From NCBI RefSeq assembly GCF_002105155.1, contig NW_019028994.1, positions 682,001 to 746,000 on the forward strand: a stretch of DNA of 64,000 bases, written 5' to 3'. A program made the translations under genes and the position numbers. Numbering within the stretch: the first letter of the stretch is position 1; every line of letters begins with the position of its first letter. Of this stretch, positions 39,910-57,142 are shown piece by piece. The stretch is from Lobosporangium transversale. Its lineage: Eukaryota. A model generated the notes under the pieces. It ran no database searches. It saw only the letters and a program-made list of their open reading frames with translations, and had not been told where the DNA came from.

Positions 39910-40524
39910 TCAAAAATTATGATGAGTCGAAGAGCTTGACCCCAAGGTGTGATGAGCTTCTAAATATCGTATGCTCTCTAAAAGAGCATTGATAGTCTTT
40001 TTCTGCTCGTGAATGGTCTTGTCCAGATCATTAATCCTTTTGTATGCACCTCGGAGATAATGCAAGACTAGCATAAAGTCATTCGCACAATTACAATCTA
40101 CAACATCCGGCCTAAGTTCAATCGTTCGATCTTGTCCTTTCAAAAATCTATTCTTATTAAGAGGAGAAGAGGAAAACCCAACAGACCCTAAGTCATCCTC
40201 ACTAGGACACTTTCTCTTTTGTGACCCTCGTGAAGAGCCTAGTGCGTTAGTCTGACAAGACTCTTCAGTAGAAGAACTAATGGCACGTGAATATGATTCC
40301 GGCTATGGAGATAAGGAATCAGGCACTCTTATTCTGGCTCTTGATACGTTCCCCTGAAAGATGAGTCCAGTGGGTCGAGCTTTGATATTAGGAGACAGTG
40401 ATAAAAGAAGACGGTTATTTCTTCGAGTAGGCCTTGACTCTCGAGCTTCTAACTCAGACTGTTGACGTATCGCTGATCTAGTGGTACGTGAACAAACAGA
40501 AGTGTTGTTGGTATTTGAAGACAT
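39910..40524 (-). pseudogene. orphan gene B: disordered N-terminus + C-terminal coiled coil, one in-frame TAG at 40303-40305
   Basis: ORFs 40303-40524 and 39910-40143 are in the same frame; heptad INDLDKTIHEQKKTINALLESIRYLE. Confidence 0.5.
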
Positions 40525-41083
40525 ATTGATGTTGCTTTATTGGTGACAACGGGTGCAGTTTGAGCGTATAAAAAAAAAAAAAAAAAAAAAAAAAGAAGAC
40601 TTGATAGTGATCGTGGTTTAGGAATGAGGAATGGAGAAGCGAGAATGCCTCAAAACGATTCTTCAAGAATGACATTCCCCATTGACATTCCCCATCCAAT
40701 CCGCATTCACCATGCATGGCATGACCATCAACCAATCACTGATCTTGATTTTGCCAATGTTACTAAGCGTCACACCCTCACAAAACAATTCAAAATGTTT
40801 ATTTTGGACCAGGAGACAGAGCAATGTGGGGTAATTATGGATTCCTGCAGATCAGAGCGATCTATTGTTAATTTGCCTCAATTTGGAACGTGGTATACAA
40901 ACCATGCCATCCTGACGCGTTGTGTCTTAACATGGATAGAGATGATGGCACTCGTATATATATGTATAAAAAAATATAAAAAAAAAAAAAAAAAAAAATC
41001 GGAACCTTTTTCGAACACACTCAATTCACATCAAGATATCCACAGATTCATCTCACCTTTCTAATTCACCCTCACTCAATCAT

Positions 41084-41114
<31 letters not shown>

Positions 41115-41124
<10 letters not shown>

Positions 41125-42956
41125 CTACTTCAATCAATTCCACTCCCTCTTCCTCTGTCGTTGAAGCTCAAAACCCTACCGTTGCGATGCCCTCGACAAT
41201 CGAAGTAAACTTGTCTCCCCAAGCCTTATTGAACTTAAACAGTCTCTCCAAGAGGCTGATGCGGAAAGACAGCAATGTATGGACGAAAAAACTCGCCTGC
41301 TCGCCAACTACAACAATAACCAAAAATCTAAATTACGACCTCGCTCCCCAGAAGAGCAAGAAGCTCAGCGAGAATTTCACAATCAGCTCAAATCCCTACA
41401 AGAAGACTATGACGCGGCTGAAGCCCATTATAAGCTTATCAAAGATCACCTTGAAGCCCAGGAAGCCATCTGCAAGGAACGTCAACGGATTGTCAAGCAA
41501 CGAGCCGCTTCTTCTCCCAGCGATGTTGATATGCAGGACAGCGGCAGTCTTGATATCGCACCTGATTATGAAATCAAGAAACATGCTGCATTGATCCGAG
41601 TTTTCAACTACAAACGGATCCCTGTCCTAGACATAACTACCAAAGAAATCGACTTCTCAAGGGTCCAGCTGGAGAAGAAAGCGAATGCCCCTACGCTTAA
41701 ATTCCAGTTGGACAATGTACCTGAGAAAGAAATAGCTCTAAAGGTGGCAAGAACTGTTATCGACTTCCTCAAGGCTTTCGAGACGTACTACCATAACTTC
41801 CTGACGGACGATCTCTTCGAGGACTTAGCTTGGCGGTACATGGGATTTGCTCTAGAACAGATCCGCTTGGATAACAAGTACAACCGCCTGCTAAAGACAG
41901 AAGCTTATGGCGATCGCTCTTGGAAGCAAGTCAAAAGGAGCATCCATTTGGCCCTGAAGCTTGATTTAATTCGATCCTGGATCACTTGCCAAATTACAGA
42001 CCTTACTGTCTTGCCTCACGAAGATGCCAATACCTTCGCGGACAGAATAGAGTCAATTGTTGAAGCTGGTGGGCCTACAGCCCATGGGCGTGCTCCTTTA
42101 CGGCAAGGTCATAACGGCGTTGTCCGATGCCGGTCAGGAAAGAGTCTTCGGAGAATTCAAGTCCTTAGACGCTATAAAGGACATTGATCAGTTGTTGGAT
42201 TTTGTATCAAATTCTAAAAAACCACAATCAAAAGCACCACATCCGCATGACAATTATGCGGATCCCAAACCTAATAGAAATATTGGTTATAGAGGACCTG
42301 AACCGGAAGACAACAGAATATCTGTTCTCATAACTATAAATGGCCTATTGCACACGGCTGTACTTGATCCTGGTTCCAACGTATCCTTCATCAATCGAGA
42401 AGTAGCCAAAGCCCTCAAAATAAGGACTGCAACCTCGAAAAATACTGTAATTAAATTTGCAGACGACACTACTGATTTTCAAAATGCCGGCACAGTAGAT
42501 GCTATTACTCTCTCTTGTAATCACCGAACAGTAGAATGCAGAGTCGGTATGATGCCTATGGGCTATTACGACTTCCTTATCGGAATGGATCTATTTTATC
42601 GCTTCGGCTTTGGGATCCATGGCATAGCTACAGCTGTTGCTGAAAAGGCAGATGATTTCTTAGATGATGAAAGTAAACCGCCACTTGTGCCCTCCACTAT
42701 GAAAGACCAAGAGTTAGAAACTGAATTCGTCGAACAGAAGAAGCAGTTCTTATTAGCCATTTATCCCTTCCTTTGCTCCAATAGCCAGATTGGCCCTAAG
42801 AGTCACTGCCCATTAGACACTATGCAAGTCCATCTAAAAGTCAGAGATGACTGCGTGATTCAAAGGACGCTCTCTGAGTTCTATGCGCAAGTAGAAATAG
42901 ACGAAGTCAACACCACCGTGCTACGTACCGAGGCTTGGGAGTGCACCTCAGGGGCA
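41115..42956 (+). mobile_element. Ty3/gypsy gag-protease 5' fragment (frameshifted), homologous to 24159-24874
   Basis: Gag-like coiled-coil/capsid ORFs 41187-42187; protease VLDPGS..FLIGMD; 42215-42956 aligns with 24159-24874. Confidence 0.85.
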
Positions 42957-44075
42957 GGTAACCTTCAACCGGACATCCTATTAATGGATAGTGACTCAGC
43001 AATGGATACGGCATGTTCGGAAGTGTTCAGAGAAACTCGTATCGTAAATTGTATATGGTATATTAACAAAAAATCTCCGTTCAACTGTGCAGACTGTGCT
43101 CGGTGAGAGGGGATTTATTATCTTCAAGAAGCGGTTTGAACAATTGCGCGAGGTCCTAACAGAGGAGGCATTCGATTATCTCTGGAGAGAGTTATTGGTT
43201 GAGTATGAAGATGCTGTCAAGATTGCTCCCTATTTGCGAACTCTCCATAACCGACGGTCTCTGCAAACGTATCACTCACATCGCTCGCTACTATATACTA
43301 TACATTACTCATATTAGTGCCGGCTCTCACGTCGCTACCAATTAGTATAAATAACCAGCACCATCTTTCAACTAACAAAGGCTTTGTTTGCCGACACTAC
43401 TTTTGGATGATGCAAGAAGACGACAGGTTTACTTACCACATCAAAATGGTCCTAAGCCGATGACTCCAAGAGAACAAGCAGGAAGACATGGCTGTTGATG
43501 ACATGATCGAAGAAGAGCCGTTCATCAATACATCAATCCGCAAGGTCCTAGACTTCATTGACACTCTACCTGACGAAAGTACGGCGATCCTACAAGATTT
43601 TTATCCTCCTTTATCTGTACCTAAATGCAAGCGAAATTACTATTATGATACTGTACGACACAGCATTTCGCCCAATTTTCTAGAGCATTCGTTGCAGCAG
43701 GACGTTAGCTAGTATAAATAGACTCACTTTTCTATCTAGTTCTGCAGCATGAATTCCCTGACTAAAAACACGTTTATTATACCCTTAGATCCCCTAGAAT
43801 ACTACTTTGACTTTTGCACTAAATCTAACAGACGATCAAAGAAGCGTTTCGCGGCAGTGATAGGGACATCGAAAGCCATTGCGGAAGATATGGCGGGGGC
43901 TTCAGTACAGAACGATGATTTTTGGCAAGGTCATGGTCAGTTTGGACACGATACAAAAAAGTATGAGCACATAAACAAAAGTAGCTGGGCTTACCGCAGA
44001 TTCTGATGAGGTTGTCAAGACACAGGGTATTGGGATGGCTTGCGACCATATTGCTTGCAGATGCCTGGATGGTCC
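42957..44075 (+). pseudogene. Mutator (MULE) transposase remnant
   Basis: PDILLMDSDSAMDTACSEVF..IVNCIWYINK and TEEAFDYLWRELL resemble the MULE/FAR1 core; fragmented by frameshifts. Confidence 0.65.
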
Positions 44076-44871
44076 CCCGGCGTCTACCCTATCATTCTAT
44101 CAGAGGCCATGTTTGTAATAGTAGGTGCTTTGGAGATTGTTTAGTTTGATAGACAGTCAGTCTACTTCATTAGATGTGAAAAATAACGTGTTGACGTGTG
44201 AAAAAAAAAAAAAAAAATAAAAAAAAAAAAAAAAAAAAAGATATGGCTGGGTAAGCTTACAAAGGAGTATGGATAGAAGTGTTGAAGACAGAGAGAGTCA
44301 TCTTGGAGCGATGACACCTGATAAAGAGCAATGAATGCGAAACTTTTTTTTATTGACATTGCTTTATCTGAGTCCCCACAGCTTCACAGCTCCATCTTCA
44401 AGCCTGCGTCGTAACAACTGATAATAGAAAAATAATTAAAATCTTTGGTTAGTCTGTTTACAGATCGGTAAAATACTCGAATACAAAATAAAGAATAACG
44501 AATACAAAAGACTGAGCGAGATCAGCCAGCACTCCAACGGTTCTTGTGTAAAAGAACCAGTTTCCTGAAGTACTGCCCGTTAAATGGTTGGTGGCGGACG
44601 TCCCACGTGACTAAAATAAACCAAACAGCATTTAAATTTCCGTGTAGCAAAGCCACCCATTGATCAAAATGAAAATGACACTGACACTTGTAACCATAAA
44701 AACAAAAGAAATAGGAAACATGAATGCAGACCCCGATCAAGGATATATCTGTACATAATATATACATGCGTTTTTTTTTTTATTTAATATTATTCACAAT
44801 CTTTAGATGAAGGCTGATTCCTAACATCCTTGATTCTTTGATCTTTTTTTTTTTTGTTTTTTTTTTGTTTT

Positions 44872-45820
44872 TTAAGCTGTTCCCCACCAGTGCATTAGAC
44901 AAGCCAAAAGGACAGTGCTACTGAATCCGCTGAGAAGCTTAAACTTTTGAAGATCGCAAGGACGGTTCTCCCACATGGATTCGGACAGGACTGTGGGAAC
45001 GAGAACACCAAAATACAAGAAGGCACCGAGTTGAGCTGCTTGCGAGACTGTATTAGCTTGGGTCAAATTGAGAAGCAGTCCAACAAACCATGACTATTTT
45101 ATTCACATTATTACAGAAAAAAAAAATTGTTTCAATTAAAAACAGACGCGTCAGTACAATTTAAAAATTCAATTGATACATTTGGTTTCTGATGACATCA
45201 TAATACTGCATTAATCTTCTTTTTTTCTTTTGGATATTTACTTTTCCAGCGTTCAATGCGAATTCTTTGAGTAATGATACAGTCATATTGTTTCTTGCGT
45301 TCTCACGCATCCAGCTATCATTTCCCTTATCCTAAGGAACAAGAAAAAGAAAAAGAAAAAGAAAAAGAAAAAAAGGAATAAAAAAAAAAAAAAAACTCGT
45401 TAGCAATCAAAAAGAAAAAACCTCCAAAAAGTTGGATAATTGGATCTTGAAAACTGATGAGATGCCTTTGTATCTAGATGTGAGGTCATTTGAATGGACC
45501 CAATTTCCGTCTTTGTTTTTCCCTTACCTTCGACATGGCATTGCGCCAGACCTGACCAAAGAGAGGTCCATAGATAAATGCACCAGCACACTGATTGTAA
45601 ATACTACCCAAGACTATTGATGATAATAGAGAAAGGATAAGAAGATAAGAAGCCAAGTCAGTGATCACATTAATTACAATAATAGATCTTTTTTTTTTTT
45701 TTTTTTTTTTCCCTCTCTTTACATTTTGACCCGTTGCCTTGTTTGAGGAGGACATTGAAATGACTTTCAAGAGAAACACTTACGGACAGATCCTCCGGCG
45801 ACATATGGGATATGAATCAT
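44872..45820 (-). CDS. small membrane protein, DUF1761-like; exons 45820-45784, 45613-45528, 45331-45242, 45093-44872
   Basis: Four exons join in phase; GAFIYGPLFGQVWRNAM and MWENRP motifs. Confidence 0.75.
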
Positions 45821-46172
45821 CTTTTTTACTTTGTGTATTTAGAGGTTAGATAGTCAGTAATTTTGAAGATTAAAAGGAAATGATGTGTTATAATAGGAAT
45901 GACAGTAGATAGTAGTGAAAAATGTGAAAAGAGTATAGAAAAAAGAGTTATGAGTGACAGAAAAAGTCTTTACTTGTAGGCTTTGCCCAAATTCTTTTAA
46001 AAGCCATTTGCATCACGTGCACGGACGCGACCTTGCAAAAATGCGCATTGCATTCGCCACCAAAAAAAAAAAAAAAAAAAAAAAAAAGATGCATGTTGGA
46101 GGATTGCATTTCTCATTCATTTTTAGAAAAAACAGATCAAAAGACCTTTTTCAAAAAAAAAAAAAAAAAAAA

Positions 46173-46758
46173 ATGTCCTTCTTTGCAAAGCGACAAACCG
46201 CAAGTTCATCATCAAGTGTAGCTGCGGCAGCAGCAGCAGCAGCCGCTGCTCAAAAACCTTGGATCGAGAAATAGTAAGTTAAAAAAAAAAAAAATTAACA
46301 TATAAAGTAATTTCTCCAAATGAAGACTTCATTTCACAATTGCGGACAATTGTGTAGTTCGCTTTCTTGGGTTTTGAGACTTGACAACGTTTCTACTGAC
46401 TTGCGCTTATTTATTCATTCATTTATTTTCTCTTGCTGGTATTGATTTTATTTAGCCGTCCAAAAACTATGGACGATATCAGCTCTCAAGAACAGGCTGT
46501 TGCTGTTCTCAAAAAGACAATGGAGTCGCAGAACGTAATGATTTAGTTTGATTTGATTTGATTTGATTTGAGACTCTTAGTCGTACTACTTGAAGCCAGG
46601 AAAACATCAGCATAACCCGCTTTATATCGGTTATTATACAAATGACATCAATAGTTGCCTCACTTGTTGTTTTATGGACCACCAGGAACAGGAAAAACCT
46701 CGACCATTCTAGCCCTCGCTAGAGATATCTATGGGTAATGATGGTCAATAATATGCTG

Positions 46759-46796
<38 letters not shown>

Positions 46797-47602
46797 GATC
46801 TATAAACCATCTTTTTAATCATCATTTTGGAGGGAATTGCTTTCCTTTTTCTTTTTCTTTTTCTTTTTCTTTTATAAACATATAGCCCCGAAATGATTGG
46901 GTCGCGTGTGTTGGAACTTAATGCCTCTGATGAGCGTGGAATTCAGGTTATTCGTGAGAAGGTCAAGAATTTCGCGCGATCAACTGTCACTCATAACATT
47001 GGGTATGTCCCTCAGATGCGGTTTAAATCCTGAAGCGTGCTTGACGTTGTTACGGATGCACTAATGTTTGAATGTCTGCTCGACAAATTTTATATGTTTA
47101 TATAGCAATCAAACTTGTCCTCCTTACAAGATTATTATTCTGGATGAAGCTGATTCGATGACTTCGGATGCACAATCAGCACTTAGGAGAACGATGGAGA
47201 CATATTCAAAGCTGACTCGGTTTTGCTTGATCTGCAATTACGTCACACGTATTATCGAACCCCTGGCCTCACGTTGTGCCAAATTCCGATTCAAACCATT
47301 AGAGGAAATGCACAGCAAGGAACGGTTGGGGATGATCTGTCAACAGGAGAATGTAAAGATTACACCAGAGGCTACCCTTAGTTTGGTCAGGATTTCGGAA
47401 GGAGATTTACGCAAGGCCATTATGTATCTTCAGAGCGCATCACGTTTAGTGGGCAAGGATGGTGAAATCGATATAGATGTCATAGCAGATATCGCAGGTG
47501 TAAGTGCTCTTCTCTAGTCTTTTGATTGTCAATATTGCAACGGTTAATGATGACTCTTATATACTGACAAACAACTTTCCACGATATACAATAATGGGAA
47601 TG

Positions 47603-47633
<31 letters not shown>

Positions 47634-47917
47634 CTGTACCTGAATCGATCATTGATAGTCTGGAAGCATGCTGGCGTACCAAGGACTATAGCAAAATTTC
47701 ACTTGAAGTTCAGAACGTAGTTGCGGATGGACATTCTGCTGCAAAGGTACTGTCTCAACTTCAAGGAAGACTATTGAAGAACGACATGTTGAATTCGATA
47801 CAGAAGGCCAAGATTGCGGAGGTTTTTGGTGATATGGATAAGGCCCTCTGTGATGGAGCAGACGAGCAGTTGCAGTTGCTGAATATGATGACCCGTGTAT
47901 CGACAATTGCTGCATAG
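46173..47917 (+). CDS. RFC2: replication factor C small subunit (yeast Rfc2 / human RFC4); exons 46173-46273, 46456-46534, 46655-46734, 46886-47002, 47106-47499, 47633-47917
   Basis: [69 protein letters not shown]. Confidence 0.93.
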
Positions 47918-48634
47918 AATACACCAAGTTTTTTTTTTTTTTTTTATCATTAAGCATAAAAATATACAACAATTTAATAAGTCAAGAAAAAAAAAGTGAC
48001 GTATTTTCATGCAATTTTTCTCTAGTCGTTCAGGACTCCTTTTTAATTATGACAGAACGTTGGTTTGGCTGTATGCCTTTTTTAATCTTTTTTAAGACGT
48101 TCTGGATTCTTTAATAGTTTTTGGGTAAAATATAAACGGACGACCACATCTCTCCTTCTTCTCTATCCCCTTCCTGCTTCTGTTTTACCCCTTGGGTTGC
48201 CTTTTTATTTATTCATGCAATATCCTGCAGTGCATGTTGTGCATACTTAGCATACTTAGGGCTTTTTTTTTTTTTTTTTTTTTTTATTCTTTTTCATCCC
48301 TTTGCCGAGCTTTGTCGAGACTTGCTACCTATGAGAGAAGCTAACAAGGTGGTTTTGTATTATCAATTGCATCTTTAGTAGTCTGATTAGGAAGATACAA
48401 AAAAGAAAAGAACATTCCAACGGATTCCTTTATCAGCTGCCTTTCTAAACGTTCATTATGAGTCTTGATCAAACTAAGAATAAATTAAAAGTGTGGAATG
48501 TCATATCGATTGCATAGATTACACAATACGCGAATGACTAGTAGAATCTTGCCATGCTAACCTGTCCTGTTTAATAAGACAATAGGGACTTGAATAGATG
48601 TGACATGACTGTTTTTTCTTTTATAAAATATAAA

Positions 48635-48679
<45 letters not shown>

Positions 48680-48986
48680 GAAAAGCAAAGCACAAGAATA
48701 GCCTTCCAGGGGTAAATATAATAATGGATTCAAGGGGGGGGGGGAGGAAAGAGAAAAAAGAGTAGGACACAGGTTGATGGGAATGGGCTCCCTCCTGGAT
48801 ACTTGTACATGTACACATTCTGTATAAATATCTCGGTCTATGTGTATCAGTTATTTCACAAAAGGACGAGGGAACAAAGGAATGAAGAAAATGTCAACAT
48901 GGCCACGGTAATTTATACATGTGTGTGTATTACCATCATATGCCCCTGACTGCCATGTAAAAAAAAAGGGATAAATGTGTTCCACG

Positions 48987-49051
48987 CCTATGCCCATGCC
49001 CATACCCTATGCCCATACCCTATGCCCATACCCAATGCCTATGCCTATGCC
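48987..49051. repeat. short tandem repeat of CCTATG/CCCATA hexamers
   Basis: Directly visible degenerate 6/12-bp periodicity. Confidence 0.7.
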
Positions 49052-49913
49052 TTTGTCTTTTCTTTCCAATCAAACATTCACAAGTCTTTTTTTTCCCCCA
49101 TTCTTCTCCATTGCTGTGAAATGCGCTAATTGTAAGTACGTATACACACGCAAATAACGCCTGGAGTAATTTTTCTTCCATGAACTTCCTAAAGATCTCT
49201 GTGTCACTGTCTTTTTTTTTTTTGGTGTTTATCTGTTTGTCAAACTCAAGATCAGTTGTTAGTTGTTGGACATCAATGCATGCCCATGTCCATATTCATT
49301 TGTCCCTTCCTTTAATAGTGAACTGAAAGAATGGGCTTGGCAGTTCACTTTGCTCACTTTATTTTCCTTTTTCCGCTGCCAATCATGCATGAAATGGTTC
49401 ATGTCCAATGCTTAGTTTCATGGTCGTGAACGTGTAAAGGGGAACTAAAAACAAAAGACCAAAGCAATTATCGTTTATGGACACATACTTTTCACATTGA
49501 ACTCTTTTTTTTTTCTTCTTTCTTTTCTTTCTTTCTTTCTTTCTTTCTCTCTCTCCCGCCCCCCCTGTTTCTTTTTTGTTCTTTTTAACCTTGACCTTGT
49601 TTGGACAATAAAGAAATAAAGGCCATTCATTGGTATCATCTTTTCATATCACTCTTGTCAATGTCCGCTTGGATACTTTGTATTAGTTGCTTCTCATCGA
49701 ACAAAAGATAAAAAGAGAATGGTTCTCGCAAGGACCCACGTTGAGATGACACATTCATTCAATTCTTTGTTCCCAAACTCCTGAGCAAAAAAAAAAAAAA
49801 AAAAAAAAAAATCCCATCCTTCCTTTCCCTTTCCCATCCATTTATTCAGCCCACTCCTTATTTTATATTTTACATTTTTATTTTTTATTTTCCCTGCCTT
49901 ATCCATTCATTGT

Positions 49914-49946
<33 letters not shown>

Positions 49947-51802
49947 GTTGTGGAACGATCTCTTTCTCTCTCTCTTTTCATTCTCTTTTCTCTTCACAAA
50001 CTTACGACCCTTGCAAATCCTCAGTTCTCGTTTATTTCCTTTTCGGACCTTATTCTCCTCTCTCGCACAGCATTCTTTCTTTCTCTCTCTCACTTGTTCA
50101 TCTAATTCTCTCTCTTTCCTTCAATTATACCAAAGCATTAACAGTCATCAGCAACTTCATTCACCTGTATCTCCGATACCTTTTGTAGAAAAATAACCAA
50201 AGATCATTTTTTCATTCCTCTCCTTCGTTCAGTTGCTTGTCGTTTAGAAATAAGCAGGTATTAACGCTCAATTCCAATCAAAGATCATTCCAACCCAACT
50301 TTTTTTTTTTATTTCAACGGTCTCTTCGAAATCTTTATTATTTCAACCTTATCCTTATCACACACACACCATCCTCACCCCTTTCCCCCTCCCCTCCCAT
50401 TGTCATGTATTGTATACATGTACAAAAGTGTCCAACAGCAAACTTCGCGGACCTAATTTTGTCACACATGCATTCAATTCTCCAATGCAACAGTTTTCTT
50501 TTCTTTTGCAACAAGGAGGTATTTAAGCAGGAATGCTGGCTATTCAGGCTTTTTTTCTTTCTTTCTTTCTTTTTTAATTACCTATTATTACTTTTTTTTT
50601 TTTATATATATCATCAAGCACATTAATTACAGCAATAAAAAAAAAAAAAAAAAGTAACTAGGAGAAAAGAAAAGGACTACAATAGTAATTATACAATAAA
50701 GAATGAAGGGTAACAGAACGAAAGAGAGAAAGAGTAAGGACAAGAGGAAAGAGAAAGAGAGTGTGTGAGAACGAGCAGGTGAATAAGGCTGCAGAAAACA
50801 AGGCATTAAGGAGAAAGAAGCATTTGTGCGCGTGTGTGAAAGAGGAAACATGTCGATCCTGAATTTGCCACAACAATTTTTTTTTTTTTTGTCGTATGTG
50901 GTTTTATTTATTTACTCATTTTACTTTATTTTGTCATATTGATTTTTAAATGAATGGATCCATGTGCATCTTTGTGCATTTGTGAATCATATCAACATTC
51001 ATCTTCTCTATCCTCACTTCCTTTCATTCTCTTTCTATTACTCTCTCTCTCTCTCTCTTTCTCTTCCTCTTTCTTTCTCTCTCACTTCTCATTTGTTTCG
51101 CGCTCGACTCCTTTTTTTCTCCATGCTCATATTTTTCCCGTTCATTTCTGATCAATCATTTTTCTTTTATGAATCATAAACATCAACATTCATCGTCTAA
51201 CATCTCACTCCTTTTCCTTTTTTCCTTATTATGCGGCTGCAGCAGTAACTGCATCCGACAGAAAAGAAAAGAAAAGACGTTTTTGCATGTACATGTGTAA
51301 ATAATAACGAATAAAGACAAGGCGAAAGGGTGACAAGGTGAGTTAGTTAGTGGAGTGGTTTTTTTTCTTTTATTTTTTTTTTTTTCACTGTCAAGGTCAT
51401 TGGTCAATGGACTAAACGATCCAAAACAAATAAAAAGTCTTTTCCCTCCCCTTGGACAACCTATGCTTTTCATACCATTCACCATTGTTTGCAAACAGGA
51501 AGGGACATTTTCTTTTCTTCTTTTGAGACTAATTTATTTGTTTACATGTAATTGGACTTCCATCCCATCTCGTAATCAGTCTTCTTTAATGCGGAAGAAA
51601 TCAACTCAACTCTGTCTGACAACGTGTTCCCACGTTTTTTTTTTTTTTTTTTATTTTTATTTTTATTTTTTATTTTCCTCTTGTTTCAGCTTTTTCCATT
51701 TTAGATCTTTCCAGTAATCGCTCTCTTAACGCCACCAAATCGTTTATTTTATTTTATACTTTATTATCATCACCAACATCGACAGTCATAAAATCATTTG
51801 TC

Positions 51803-55245
<3,443 letters not shown>

Positions 55246-56242
55246 AAAAGATAAAAAAGATAAAAAAAATAACAATTACAATAAAAAAAAAGAAAAAAAA
55301 GAAAAAAGAATGTAGTTTTTTACTGTCTCTTAATAAGCATATTCTACGTGAGGAAAAAAAAAAAAAAAAAAAAAAAAAAGGAAAGCTCTCAGCCATCCGG
55401 AGGTTAGTTTGTAATAATGCGTGTCCTGGCACTCTAATCAAATAATGCACATAAATGGCAGTTGCACAAAGGAGAGATCAGAATCCAATTTCTCAAAGGG
55501 ACAACGCGGTTCAAAGAAAAAGTTGATGGCGGGAGTGGCTTTTTTAACAAAGTTAAGTCAGGTCATATGATCCAAGTGCTTCGCCCAAATTCCTCCAGTT
55601 GGAGCTTTGATAATTAATGAGATACTTGTCAGAGGCTAAGAAAACAATACACACCAGTAGCTGTCTCCTTTATCGGTGGTCAACAGGGCCTCGTAATATG
55701 TTTGAGTTGATATGGACTTCACAGCACATTATGAAAGAGGTCTTGGAAAGAGCTACTGATAGACATGAGTGAAGTATCGCGAGAAGCCTTCTCCAAAGTG
55801 GTGGTAGTTCAATTGCCCCACAGAGACACAGGACGAACCTCCTCATACTTTTCAATAAAAAGCAATGGTTGATAACGTTTCGCTACCAATCTTGACACCT
55901 GTTATTCATATATTACTCATGTAAAAGACGTGTACACAATACTCTTTTTTTTACGGTGATTCATCAACAAATACCTCTTTACTCTCAACGGCATGCTGTT
56001 TATTGCTTCACTTAGTCGCAAGGTCTACATGATATAACATGCGCAAATCTACATTCACTGCACATACTGTATTTGAATCGGTAGTCATTGATCGATTGAC
56101 TTGCTGCTGTCACTGTTGTCTGCAGTGTTCCTCCTCTAAAAGCCTCTGTCTCCAATGATGTCTCTACTGATGGGACTTGATGATCATCAGCTTGACTTGA
56201 GGCTGCTTTGGACTTGTGTCCCATTGGTGATGCTGTCACAAA

Positions 56243-57142
56243 CTATTTGGATGCCTCATATATGACCAAAGGAAGGGATTGCTCTTTTATTGCTCCTCGT
56301 TGCACCAGAAGCTTCCTGTTGACTTCAATCAGCCCAGTTACATCTTGAATACAAGTGTTGTTGACATTAAGAGCTGTTTGTTTGGTGCTCCATTTCAGTC
56401 GATACTGATATTGATCGCCCTCCTTCACAATCTGCCACACCCGAATAGAGACATCCTTAGATCCTGTGACCAGAAAGTAGCCTTCTTCAAAGATATTCCA
56501 CATAAGGGTTATAACAAACCCGCCTTCAGATGGGATTACTACCAAGCACTCGCTTGTCTCTGCATCCCACACTCGCACCGTCCTATCACGGCTGCTCGAG
56601 GCAATGTACTTTCCATCAGACGAATAAGCTATCTCTATGATCTCCTTAGTGTGCCCTATAAGCGTATACAAAGCAACTCCCGTTTCTATATCCACCACAT
56701 CAATTTGTCCATTCTCACAGGCACAAACCATCCGTTGGCTACATGGTGAAGATAGCCCTATACTTTTATAACGCCCAGGTATTGTATAACAAAGCTCACC
56801 CGTTTCTGCATTCCGTACTTGCAGCTCATGTCAGGGATAGCCGTGATAAACCACTATTCTGCAACCAGCAAGCGTGCAATTGATAAAAATGCCCATTTTT
56901 CCACCCTTTACTTCAAATCAAAGGTCACCTGAATGAACTGTCCAGACTCTAAGAGTACCATCGTCATCATATGAAGCAAGGTATTGGCCATCAGGTGAGA
57001 ACACTACACAGCTTGCAGCTTTACTGTTGCCCTGTAGAGTGTGGATGAGCTCTCCTGTTTGTGTGTTCCATATAGTCACATCTCCATTGTAATGACCACA
57101 GGCATTTTGATGGTCAATAGGTGAGAAATCAAAGGCGTAGAT
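56243..57142 (-). pseudogene. 5'-truncated WD40 C-terminus of an NLR paralog
   Basis: GH..WD repeats and terminal IQDVTGL..NRKLLVQRGA; 56930-57142 is the reverse-complement homolog of 63788-64000; disrupted at about 56740-56920. Confidence 0.85.

Noticed and set aside
44160..44770. Possible spliced minus-strand gene remnant
   Set aside because: Could not assemble a stop-free, recognisable product.
46010..46032. CACGTG and ACGCGA boxes between the divergent DUF1761-like and RFC2 genes
   Set aside because: Plausible regulatory sites, but too short to support from sequence alone.
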